A stretch of 64,000 bases of DNA from Tubiluchus corallicola (lineage: Eukaryota > Animalia > Priapulida): contig JAQGDQ010000405.1 of assembly GCA_030141605.1 (NCBI GenBank), positions 124,001-188,000 of the forward strand. Reading direction: 5' to 3'. Of the stretch, positions 25,301 through 37,300 are shown piece after piece. Positions within the stretch are counted from its first letter, which is position 1; each line of letters begins with the position of its first letter. A model generated the notes under the pieces. The model had not been told where the DNA came from, made no database searches, and saw only the letters and a program-made list of their open reading frames with translations. Position numbers and translations under genes: made by a program.

Positions 25301-28300
25301 AGCGTAATTGGCTATGTAACATAATGATTGGCGGCCGCCCCCTATGGGCCCATTTAAAGTCCATCCGAGTGCAGTTCTGATGGCATAAGGATCCATTGGC
25401 GAAGAACCAAGTCTCACCTCAAGAGGTGCCAAGGCAACCGGTACATCCTGTCCAATGAGAAGCATGACACAGTTAAAGTCTACATCAGGAAATGAGAGGT
25501 CACTGAGATGATCTAAAGTGGACAAATCAGTCTTTTTAACAATACTCTCTGTGAGGCTTGGAAAGGCATCTATTGCATAAACTGTATTCAGTTTAATAGC
25601 TTCTTTGGCCTCTCCACAGTTGTTGCCTCTTACTGTAAGAGAAATTTTCTCAACTGATGTAGTCTGCTTCCGACCTAATGTGGAAAGCGTCAACGATGTT
25701 TTATGTCCTTTTAGACCTAGTAGCTTCAAAAGTCTTTTACAGCAAAATGAACGATTGCTTCCCCCATCCAGAAAAGCATAAGTAGATATGGACTTTGTGC
25801 TGCCTTCAGACGTAACAGTTACGGCGACAACTGGCAAAACAATTTTTTCCTTTATAGAAAGTGCAGATGATGCACATACTGTGGCATCAGCTTCCATTGC
25901 CTCACTGGTTTGTGTGCCCTTTTGCTTGTTTGCATCTGATGGCGTCCAACTTTCCAACGCTGCATGGAGTAAGTCAGAATGCCTTCTTTTGCAATTGGCT
26001 TGATTGCATCCTTGTCTTCGACACTGCACTGCTCTATGTCTGCCTGGATTTAGACAATTGAAACAAAGATGTTTTTCCTTGACGTATTTGAGACGAGCAT
26101 CATCTGTCATTTTCTTGAATTTTCCACATGCTCTAAGATGGTGATTTTCCTTACACATCAGACATGTCTTTGAAGCTGGCTGGTCAGGTCTCTTCTCTTT
26201 ACTTGGAGTTACAACTGAAGAACTCGAATAGCTGACAAAACTGTTTACGGGATCCTTCCTGTTTTTGTAATGTTTGGCATTATCGCTGCCTCGCTTACTG
26301 ACCTTTCGAGTGTCAGACAAGCAGCCATACACAGGATGAGACATCTCTTCAGAAACTTCTTGAACAAAGTTCTTTACATCAAACATGTCAGGGTTCCTAT
26401 GTTCTAATCTTGCAGTTTGAGTAACCTTAGTCTGCCATCTGCTTTGATATTTGTATGGTAGCTTTTTGATCGCGTGCAAGATGTTTGCTTGAGTGTTAAG
26501 CTCCCCGAGACTATTCATTGACCATAGTGTCTCTATACAACTATTTAGCAGATCAGAAAAGTCACGTAATTTCTCTGGTTCACTTGGCATAATGCTTCCA
26601 AACTCTTTTAGTTTGTTTACCCAGGCTTGTGTTATGATGTAGGGCTGGCCAAAGCGTTCTGCCAACAATCGCTTAGCATGGGCATATGCAGTGTGTGGTT
26701 CCATATAGTTGCACCTTTCAATGACTTGCTTAGCCCTGCCTGTGCACAATTGTAGTAGACGACTAAACCTTGCAGACTCATCTGTAGTATAACACTCTAT
26801 GCTAGCTTCTAGTCTTCTCATAAAACGCCAGTAATGTAATGGATTGCCATCAAAAACTTCAACTTCTACTTTAGGCAAATGTAGTGTCTGGTAGATACTA
26901 TTCTGCTGTCTTTGACCTTCCATCATAAAGTTGATCATAGCATTGAGGTCAGGATTGTGTGATGTGGACGGCTCATCCATAATATTAGCTGCAAATCTGG
27001 GAGTAGAACCCTCCATATGAATATTGTTGCCGTTCGTTGGAGATGCACGATGTGGAATAAAATGTGGAGCCATTGCACTCAAGTTTCTCATCTGTCTACT
27101 GGGAGGCATATTTTCAGAGCGATTTTCATGTTTGAATTTTCGAAAATCATGCATGAGTGGTTGTACACGTGTCTGATATATATGTCTCCAAACATCTACA
27201 TAACGAGAAAAATGAGATGCTTCATGGCGACGCAGCACGTCCATATTCATCCAAGGCTTCTGCTGACCAATAAAGTGTACTACCTTGACATCTCTTTCAA
27301 ACTGGCGCATTGCAGGAATGTAACCATATCTTGCATCATCATCAACATTGACCATATTGTAAGTATATGGAAGATGTTTGTCGAAATCGCCTGCCCATTT
27401 ACGGAAAAACATATTCAGCAGTCCCTGATCACCTCCATCAAAGCTACCATTTTGACAAGCAAATGCTACTAACTGTTCATATGTTGTCACATCCGGCTTA
27501 AACACAAAAACACCAGAATTGAATAAGTCCGGCCAGCCAACATCAGGAGCTGCGGATAATTCCTGCCTCTGAAATAAATCATCTATGTTTGCCATAACCA
27601 AAGTGTCAGCATCAAGGAAAACACATTTACTAAACTGTGTAAGTTTCCAGCAATGCAGTTTCGTGAAACTCACACCCAGCTCAGGTCGTCCCAATGCACT
27701 TAGATTTCCATGATCCAAACTGTCAATGATGTCAAAGGTCTCCACCTGATCAAAAGTCTTTTGAAGAAGAGCCTTCATCTGGACAGTCACATCAGCAGAT
27801 ATCATGATTACCAACTGTCGTTGTGTGCCAGTCTGCTTCAATGAATTGGCAAGTACCAAAGCAGCTGTTGCATACTGATCGTTGGTTGCTAGCGTAACAT
27901 AAGCCTCGTCTACTGATATTCTATCACACAATGAAGACTTCTTAAACCATTCTGTCACTTTAGTTTACTTGCAACTTCGTCAACCTTAACTTTAAAACTT
28001 TTCTGGCTTGCAGTCAGTTTATGAATATCACTTCCCAAATTACTCTCATTTTCAAGCCGCTTTTGCTTCACTTTTAGTGCTTGCAGTTTTAATTCACATT
28101 CCTGAATCTTTAATTCATTGTCCTTGAGCTTGCGAGAATTCTCAGAAAGCTTCCCACCAGTTTTAAAACTCGAGCAACCACTTTTGGAAATTCTTGACCG
28201 AGTGCTTGTGGTGTGTTGCTCCCCCATGTTACCTGTAGCATGTAGCTGCTGCATGTGGCTGACTGTAGCTTCGGCCTTGAAACTACCTGTGGGGGGTGGG

Positions 28301-31300
28301 CTGTCTACTGCTGGCACATGATGAGCAATAATTCTCTCCACTAGTTCAGCTTCAATTCCACCAACTGCTAAGCCTTTCTGACGAAGTATTTCTTTTAATT
28401 GTTCTCTGGTTTTTGTTTTCAGTTCTTCTTCTGTGTATTGCTTTTCAGCCAGTTCATAAAATTTAGGCTCTGCCATTATAAACAAGCTGTGAAAAAATTT
28501 ATACTAGTCAAATAAACCAGTTACTGCTGAATCTAGGTCACGGAACTCAAACCAGGTATTGCAAATTTTCAATGTCACTGTCTGATCAACACCAGGCTTG
28601 TAGGCTGTACAGCTTGTCCTGTATAACAAATGCAGTCATCATTGCTGTCCATGTCTGACTTTGTACTCAGCTAACCTCCTCCTGTCCTGTAGTTTTCCCA
28701 ACAAGAATGGTAGAAGGATATAAAACTGTGAGAGACTATTACTTCATGATGCCCAAAGTCAAAAAAATTCATGTTTGAGTAGCTTTATTACGTTTTATCT
28801 GTAAAACAAATCATAACAAAATATGACTAACTAATTTGAGCAAAAAAGGAAACAAAGAAATTAATAATAAAGTGAGACTGAATAATCAAAATAAACTTAC
28901 ATCATGGCTCTACTACTCTTGACAAATAAATGGTTTAACTGAGACAAAACAACAACAACAACTCTCTTAGCCTAGAACAGACTGCCAACTAGCCAGGTAA
29001 ACTAGCTCTGTCAGTAGAGCATGACAGAAAGAAGCCAAGTCAAGACACATCTGAATGCAGTTAAAAGGACAGTATATGGGGGGGGTTACAGAATGAGAAC
29101 ACTTTAGTAATAAAATAACCTAAAATCCTTCACACTGATGAATTATTAGAGTAAATTTGAATGGATTATGTCATGAAGTCTTCCAAAATATTGAAAGTTG
29201 CCATTTTACTGTGATAATTGGAGCACAAGTTGGAAACAGTAGAATAAAATGTTACAGTTTGTGTTTGCCCATGAAACAATTCTGGAGAACTTAGAATTAC
29301 TGCAGTTGATTTAACAAAGTATTGTTATCAACAACATCAAAGCATTTGTGGCATTCAGTTGTCTGTGAAAGAGTAAGAGATCAAATCTCTTTTATTGTTC
29401 TATTTTGTAGTGAAAGTGGAGAAATAGTTGCTGAAATTTCAGTACCTGATACAATTACAACTTGGCTGGCTACAGCCTTTTCTATGAATGCTAACCTTGG
29501 AATTGGAATTACTGATGAAGCAGCCGCGGTAAGGGTCTGTTGAAAAATGAAACTTTTCTGTTAAATGAGATTTGCCAAATAACTTGTTTATGACTATATT
29601 AGCTGTAATTTAATTGAATTGAATTGAGTTAGGATTGCTGTTTGCTTACTTTGTGTCACTGGTTTATTGCTCATATTAATTTTACTTTTTATTTACAATA
29701 TGTGTAATAATTTTGGCAGCTGACTGTCTTCCGTCCATTCTTTATTGTACTGAACTTGCCATACTGCGTCTTCAAAGGAGACACTTTGAATATGCAAGCT
29801 GTCATCTTCAACTATATGGATGCTGACGTTGAGGTTGTTGTGACTTTAAAATTGAAAGCACCTGATGAAAATCCTGGCAAGGGTAATGGTGCTAACGGTG
29901 GCACTGACGCTAAAGGTGGCAAGGGCCAAGAAGTTGATGGCAAAGGTCAGCAGGAAATTGGCAAAGGTCAGCAGGAAGTTGGCAAAGGTCAGCAGGAAGT
30001 TGGCGAAGGTCAGCAGGAAGCTGGCAAAGGTCAGCAGGAAGTTGGCAAAGGTCAGCAGGAAGCTGGCACTGGTCAGCAGGAAGTTGGCAAAGGTGATGGT
30101 GGCACAGTTGACGGTGACCAGAAAGGTGGTGGCACAGGTGACACTGTTAAGGGGGGCAGTGGCACTCAGTTCTATGAAACTAAACAAACTGGCATTGTAA
30201 GTTCAATTTGATCATTATTATTGCCCTAAGTTTCGTGATATTTTATATTTTTTTTATGTTTGTTTTGCACTATATTGACTTCTTTTGACAGCATGTAACT
30301 TTTATAAGTGGAATTTTAATAGTATTTGCATAATTTTTATATTTTTTCATAAATTATGTATATCTAGAGCTACATTTTTAGAAGTTCATATATTTCTTAA
30401 TATAACTGTTGCTTCCACTTGGTTAAGCATGTTATAAAATAAAAATAGTATAAAACGAGTAGCCAACAAGCAAGCCGTGCTAATTGCTCCCTTTTTTTGG
30501 CGGAGCCATATTTTACATAGGAATTTCACATAGGAAGTCTGTATGATTACTGCTCTGTGAATGGCAAAGATGGAGAATTTCTTTTATCGAATGGCCTTGA
30601 CATCTGTGAATTTATTTAAGTTTTTCACATTGGAATGAAAGTCTTTGGAATATTTTCTATTTTTGGTTAGGATAGTTCGGAAACTTCCTAGAATTTTTTG
30701 AAATGCTGTTAACTAGAATTAATTATACGAATTGTGTAAGAGTGGTTGAATAAAATACAAAAATAAACTAACATACAAATCTAGATAAAAAGTGGTGAAG
30801 GAAAGACGTTTATCTTCCCGATCGGTACTGTTGAAGTTGGTTACTTGCCAATACAAGTACATGCTAGAGCGACTCCAATTGAGGATGGAGGCAAAGGCAA
30901 AGGTGATGGTGGTAAAGGCCAGGTTGACGGCAGCAAAGGCAAAGGTGATGGTGGTAAAGGCCAGGTTGACGGCAGCAAAGGCCAGTTTGATGGAGGCAAA
31001 GGCCAGTTTGAGGGTGGCGAAAACCAGTTTGAAGGAGGCAAAGGCCAGAATGAAGGAGGCAAAGGAGGCTCAATAAAAGAGAAAAAATGTGTAGATCCAC
31101 AAGTACAGGACACCGAGCCTACTATAGACCTAGCACCTGCTAGACCTGCAGAAGACGAAGTACTAAGACATCTTTTAGTCAAGGTATGATTAAAAATTAA
31201 AGTTTTTGTTAGCAATTCAGTGCGTTTTTTATTTTCTGAAACATTTAAAAATTCCATTTGTCGTGCTTTATGCTATAAAATACATAATTTTCCATTACTT

Positions 31301-34300
31301 TAAGTTAAATGTTTCTAAATTAGTTTGGAAGCACTAATGTACTTTTATCTCAGCATGCCCTACTTTTTCATTTCTTGTTAAGTCAGCTATTTCCAGAAAG
31401 TTATTTCTTTAAGAAAATTAAAGAAATATTTACTGTTGTCATGAATCTGTTTCTTCATAGAAATTTAGAATACTCAGTGATAGGCAGATTTATTTATGCA
31501 TTAGAAACTGAAAAAACCACAACACTAAAACAATGTATAGGGCCGACCCATTTAATTAATAGGCATGATTCATTTAACTGGCATGTTTGAGAGCCGTATT
31601 GCGAAAGTGAAAAATCGGGCTCCTGTACGGGGTTTGTGTGATAATCCGTAGTATCTTCATTCAAAATGCCAGTCTTCTGCAATGAAAAATAAATGTGACA
31701 ACAGCAACACCAACAACATTTCAAGCTTTGGGAATCCCACTCTTGCCGAATCCAAAGTAATAATGCAAAGTCATGGAAAGTATTTCAAAATCTGTGCAGT
31801 TAATTCTAAAAATCACGTAAATTATAGTTAATTGTGACAAATGGAGGTTTACATGGTTTAACAAGATGGTGAGAAAAACTGCACGGCTAAAACAACCGAC
31901 AAAAATTTGATAAAGCCATCAAAAAAGGCACATCACAACTCTGCCACTGGTTGTCTCTAATTTATGCATGTTGTAGATAAAACTTCGGAATTTTCAAAAT
32001 AGTTAACTTTAAACTTTATAATTTATTAATTACGTATGTAGCATTCAAAAAGTTATTTGAATAAAACAGATTTTTACTGCAGTTTCAGCTTGGGAGCTTT
32101 TAGCTAGACCACTCCATCACATTTATACATTGAATTTATGCTTCACAAGTTGCTAAGTTGGACGTTTAATGAAACAGTCTCACAAAAACACTTAACTTTG
32201 CTGAATCATACAAATCAAGAATAGATTTTTCTGTTTAAAACTAAAGACGGTTTTAATATTTAGCTGATCCTTGTTTGTACTTTTTTGCTAGGCTTAGATT
32301 TACACTTTGTTGTTTAGAATATCGGTGTCATACGAGTTGTGCCAGAGACATCTGTGCTTGTTAACCCCACCGATTCGAAAACGGAAGTTACAAAAAAACC
32401 AGGCACCGGACAAGAAATAACCACGACTGTTCCTATTGAATTGCCACCTGACATCGAAAAGTGTTGTCAGCAAATTGAAGTGCAAGTTACAGGTTAGAAA
32501 TCTTTCAACAGAGAATTGTGTGTTCGAGTTCATTTGTGTTGCAGCTTCTGTTATTACAATGTGATCTAGCATGCTCTCTACATTGGCATTATCATCATCA
32601 TAGTGATCGTCATCATTTTGTCATTATTTCTCGCCTAAAGTTTACGGAAAGAATTTCTTGTTCTCTTTTTTCTCATTCTCTCTTTTTCTCTTTCTTTCTC
32701 TCTCTCCCCCTCCCTTTCTCTCAAAAGTCAAACAGTGATGTAGATGGTATTCTCAAGGGGGGAGAATTCATATAATGTGCAGTGTATCAAAGATGACAGT
32801 TATTTAGAAACTAAAAACAATGAATACAGCAATTAAGAGCTTTAATAAAAAACTAAAAAAACTTGAAAACAAACCAATCCACAATCACGCCTTATAGTGA
32901 AGTCATAGATCTCAAGCAAAAATCCAGTGGGTCGTTTCAGTCACAGCTCAATGCACGTACATCGTTGTCATCATACAACCCAAACAAAAGCGTGCTTATT
33001 GAAAACGTCAAAGGTGTTAATATAGTCAATTCCAGCACTTCTATCAAGAAAAATTTACATAAACACTTCTCGAATGCTAAGTTTGTGATATCACACAGCC
33101 ATGAGTAAGATCCAGCTACAGTTAACAGACAGACAATCAGCAGATGATTTCATAAAAAAACTGGGACTGTACTTACTTGGGTGAGGACACCAATGTAAGG
33201 AAGCCAAAGATATGTAATATTGGCCTCGCCAGAGACTGAATCCATGTTTAACAGACAATGAAATGCAACATGATGTCAATAAGATTGAACATTTTAAACG
33301 TGAAAATGGCATGGTTCTTCTGTTAGCAAAAATTAAATTTAAATCTCATGCATGATGACTTGAAGACAGCAATTGATAGTGGCATTCCAGTTTAGTAAAT
33401 TGTATGTTAAGTAGTCAAATTTGTTACCAAGCCTACTCCAACCAGGTGCTTTAAATTGTGAAAAATTTGGGCATGTTGCAAAATGGTGCAAATGCTCTGT
33501 TACATGCACGAAATGTTCAAAGCAGCACAAATCAGAAGACTGTGATGAACTTATTCACAAATGTGTTAACTGCAACGGCGATCACGAGGCGTGGGCTAAA
33601 AAACTGTTACAATTATATTAAAAGGTGTTAACATTCGGTGACGATAGACAATGGACATGGCTAGATATAATGTATATTTCATTCAGCTTAATAAATAAAT
33701 AACAATAACATGACATGCTGTACTTACCACCCTACATAAAAGCATTGCCTGATTATTATTTAAGTGAATTGTTAATTTGTACAGTTTGTTATATTGTTTT
33801 TTGCTTTAGTTGTCATTTGGAATTTTTGCCCTGCAAATAGCTGCCTTGTATATACAAAAAAGATCTGGGACATTATGAAAGAAATCATGAATATGGAAAG
33901 AAGTTATTCTCCAATTAAATTAAATATAAGCAATAAACTTGTCTGTAATCCTGATGCAGTTGCTAATAGATAAGTTGATTATTTTACTAAAATAGGTTCT
34001 AATTTGGCTAATAATGTCAATTCTAGTGATGTCGCTAGATTCCGCTAGATGTCGATGTCAAGGATCAGCTAAATATTACATTGCTTGATGTCGATATAAA
34101 TTTGTCAATTCTTGCTTTAGTTTTTTATTTAAAATACTACCTGATATTATTCGCTACATTTAAACCCCTTTGGGTTATCTGATAAATATATACTTGTTAT
34201 TTGTACCTGATAATTTAAAAAAGCTGTAGTAGTGCTTTGTTTAAATCTGGTGATCCGACTTTAATAAATAATTATGGAACCTATTTCACTATTACCAGTC

Positions 34301-37300
34301 TTTTCTAAAATTTATGAACGTTGTGCTTATAAGCAAGTGTACAATTATTTAATTAAACATAGCATATTAAAGAAGAATGAGTTTGGCTTCAGGAAACGTT
34401 GTTCTATCGATCTTCCATTACTGACTGTTAGCGAAACAATCACTAGTGCTGTCAAACATAATTCTTTCATGGCTGCTGTATTTTGTGACTTCTCTTTTGT
34501 GAAGTCTTTGATACAGTTGATCATAAAATTATTCTTTTACGGCTCTAGAGGGGTAGCATATAAATGGCTAAACAGTTATTTACTTTATTGGACTCAGTGT
34601 GTCAGATGCAATAACTGTACATCTAATGAATTACCTGTTAATTGTGGAGCCCTGCAAGGGTCTGTTTTAGAGCCTCTTTTATTTTTAATATATATTAATA
34701 ACACAAAAAACATTTTAGTTGCCTTAGTATAGTTCAGCTTGCAGATGATACCACTCTGTTTTTTGACCTCGTAAATTTCTATTTAATTAGTATAAATAAC
34801 AGTTTCAATGATATCACCAATTGGTTTAAGGTTAATAAACTATCTTTAAATGTGTCCAAAACTAAATATATTTTGTTTTGTTCTAAAAATAAACTCATTC
34901 TTCCCCCCCCCCATATTAACTTGTATTTTCATCGTATATCTATAGAACGGGTTCAGTCTACTAAATTTCTCAGTGTAATTCTTCGCAAACATCTTGATTG
35001 GAATTTTCATATTAAAATGATTAGTTTAAAGATTGCTAAGAATGATTTCTCATATCATCAGTCATTGTTTATCTGCTTGCCATTCACAAACACTTTATTA
35101 GTTTTTAATTTTTCCCTATCTAAATTATATCAGTTGTCTTTGGCGTAGTAGGTATACAACTAATCTAAATTCTTAAGGTCCTGCCAGACAAAATTTTTCC
35201 ATCTACTTTTTAGATTAAATGAATTTGCAAATGTAAATGAATCCCTATTTAGGCAATGCAAAATTCTTTTATTGATAATATAGTGTTTCGCAATATAGCA
35301 GTCTTAGTATATAAAACTTTTATGAAATATTTATAAAAATATAAATATTTTTTTTAAAAATCTTCTAAAATTGAAGGTGAAACATTATATAATACACATT
35401 ATAATCATCATTATCTAGGTTATATTCGTACTAATATTGCCAAGCATTTTGTTAAATTTTATGAACCTCTGATTTGGAATTATCTCCCTGACTACATTAA
35501 AAATCAACATACTGTTTTCAAGAAATGTTAAAAGATTTTGTATTAGAACACGACTTTAATATATTCCACGTGTAATTATTTTTAAACTCATGTTTCAAAG
35601 TAATTAATCTAAGTAAGTGTAGAAGAAGAAGAGGAAAATAAAAAAAGTAGTAAGAAGACTTAATTTGTCACCTGTTAGGTGTGCCAGGTTGCCTCCTGTG
35701 TTGTACATTGCCCTGTTGGTTGCTATGGCTCATGAATGTAAATTCCAATGCTTATTCTATTTTAAACCTAATTCTTACATTCTTTCATTCTCCATTGTTT
35801 CACCATCTTTGTCACCATATCTTCACATTCATAATATATTAATGAATTTTGAGTCTAAATTTTTAGAAGTTTAATGAAATGGCATTGTACTTGCTGTCTA
35901 GAACAGTATCATTTAAAAAGATACACCCCAGCTATGTACATAAAATGCAACGTAAAAAGAAACTGCTGTGGGGAAGACGCCATTCTGTACTGGTAAATTA
36001 GAGTACAACCGTGCAGCCAAGCAGGTTTCGGCAGCTGTTTTTCGTTCGAACTGCGTGAGAGAATACAGAATTTTAAGCTCAAATAACAGTGTTTGTCTTT
36101 TCAAATACATTAATCGTAAGCACAATAATAAATCAGGAGTTGCCCCCTTTAAAATTTGACGGAGATATTGTCGTAGATGATGGAAGAAAGGCTTGTATTC
36201 TGTGCGATGCATTTTCAGAGAATTTTACTCTAGATAATGCGGTAGCATCAAATTTTACTCGCTGGGCGTTAGCAAATGTAGTATAAGCTTTACATCAGGC
36301 GTTGTCTGTAAAGTGCTTAAAAAGATCAATTGTAAAAATAGTCACACACCTGATGGTCTGCCCAACATTCTGTTTTCTAGCTTCGCCGGTCAATTTTACA
36401 TACCACTAGCAAACATTTTTGAATTTTCTTTTCAAACACATGCCCTGCCTAATCTTGGTCGTCTCAATATTTAAAAAAGGTGACCCTGCAGACCCCCTTA
36501 ATTATTGTCCCATTTCACTAACTTGATTAGCTTGCAAGGTGATGGAAATTTGTATTGAAAGTGAACTTTTAGATTATCTGTTATTACATGGTTTAATCTC
36601 TAAATCTCAACACGATTTGACATGAAAAACAGGTCTACATGTACAGAGTTAAATGATTGTGTTAATGATTAGTGCGAAAGTGTTGCCAAAGGTTTGCAAT
36701 TAGATGTGCGGTATAGTGTTGTTCATTCAAAGCTTTTAATCAAATTGCGGTCTTATGCTGTTTCTGGTAATCTTTTAGCATGGATCCGGGCATTTTAAGT
36801 AATCGTACCCAAAGAGTTCTCATTGATCAAGATTTTTCTCCATATATCCTAGTTATTTCTGAAACACCTCAAGGCAGTGTACCCGAACCAATTTTGTTTA
36901 TTTTATTCATTAATGATTTACCACAAGAATTAATTGCTATTAATTGTCGGCAAACCGTGTTGCGTCTGTGCATTGGCAGTGCGCTATGCTCCACTTGGGG
37001 CACGGTAATCCTCAATTACAATATATCTTGAACGGAGTTACATTGTCTGCTAACAATGGTTGTAAAGATTTAGGAATAACTGTCTGTTCAAACTTAAATT
37101 TTTCTAAATATGTTAAAGACCAAGTTGCGAAAGCCTTTCGCGTGGTAAACATGCTGTTTCACTGTTTCTCCATGAAGAACAAAAATGCCCTCAAGGCGCT
37201 TACAAAGCCTATGTTAGGCCACTGCTTAAATATTGTACGCCCGTGTGGTCTCCGCATCACATGCTATAGAGAGAGTTCAGCGATATTTTAGACGCAGGTT

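Larger units (their letters stand above)
22840..29134 (-). mobile_element. BEL/Pao LTR retrotransposon carrying a glycogenin domain in gag; pol defective
   Basis: LTRs 22840-23246 and 28727-29134 (TG...CA), 5-bp TSD CTGAT (22835-22839, 29135-29139), PPT AAGGGGGCGG (minus, 23247-23256). Gag LPKVEVEVFDGNPLHYWRF, three Cys-His knuckles, protease FLDGGS, RT YIPHFPV/ADIKAMFYQV/FYIDD, integrase SDCGTN and BEL C-terminus FWQRWKKEY. Confidence 0.96.

Noticed and set aside
27158-27910. Glycogenin as the host's own gene or a separate processed pseudogene
   Set aside because: It is inside the LTR-bounded element, in frame with gag, with no introns, stop codon, poly(A) or TSD of its own visible.
28700-28726. 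tRNA primer-binding site of the BEL element
   Set aside because: Minus strand reads GTTTTATATCCTTCTACC. Only TCCTTC resembles a tRNA-Tyr-type PBS and there is no TGG, so it is too weak to call.
29920-30090. 21-bp repeats as a possible CRISPR-like array (also 44873-44998)
   Set aside because: No unique spacers, eukaryotic exon context, no cas genes.
29846-31257. Alternative-frame ORFs such as KVSRKLAKVSRKLA, FANFLLT and PPSNWPL repeats
   Set aside because: Shadow frames of the 21-bp coding repeats. Only the GKGQ frame links to A2M motifs and splice sites.
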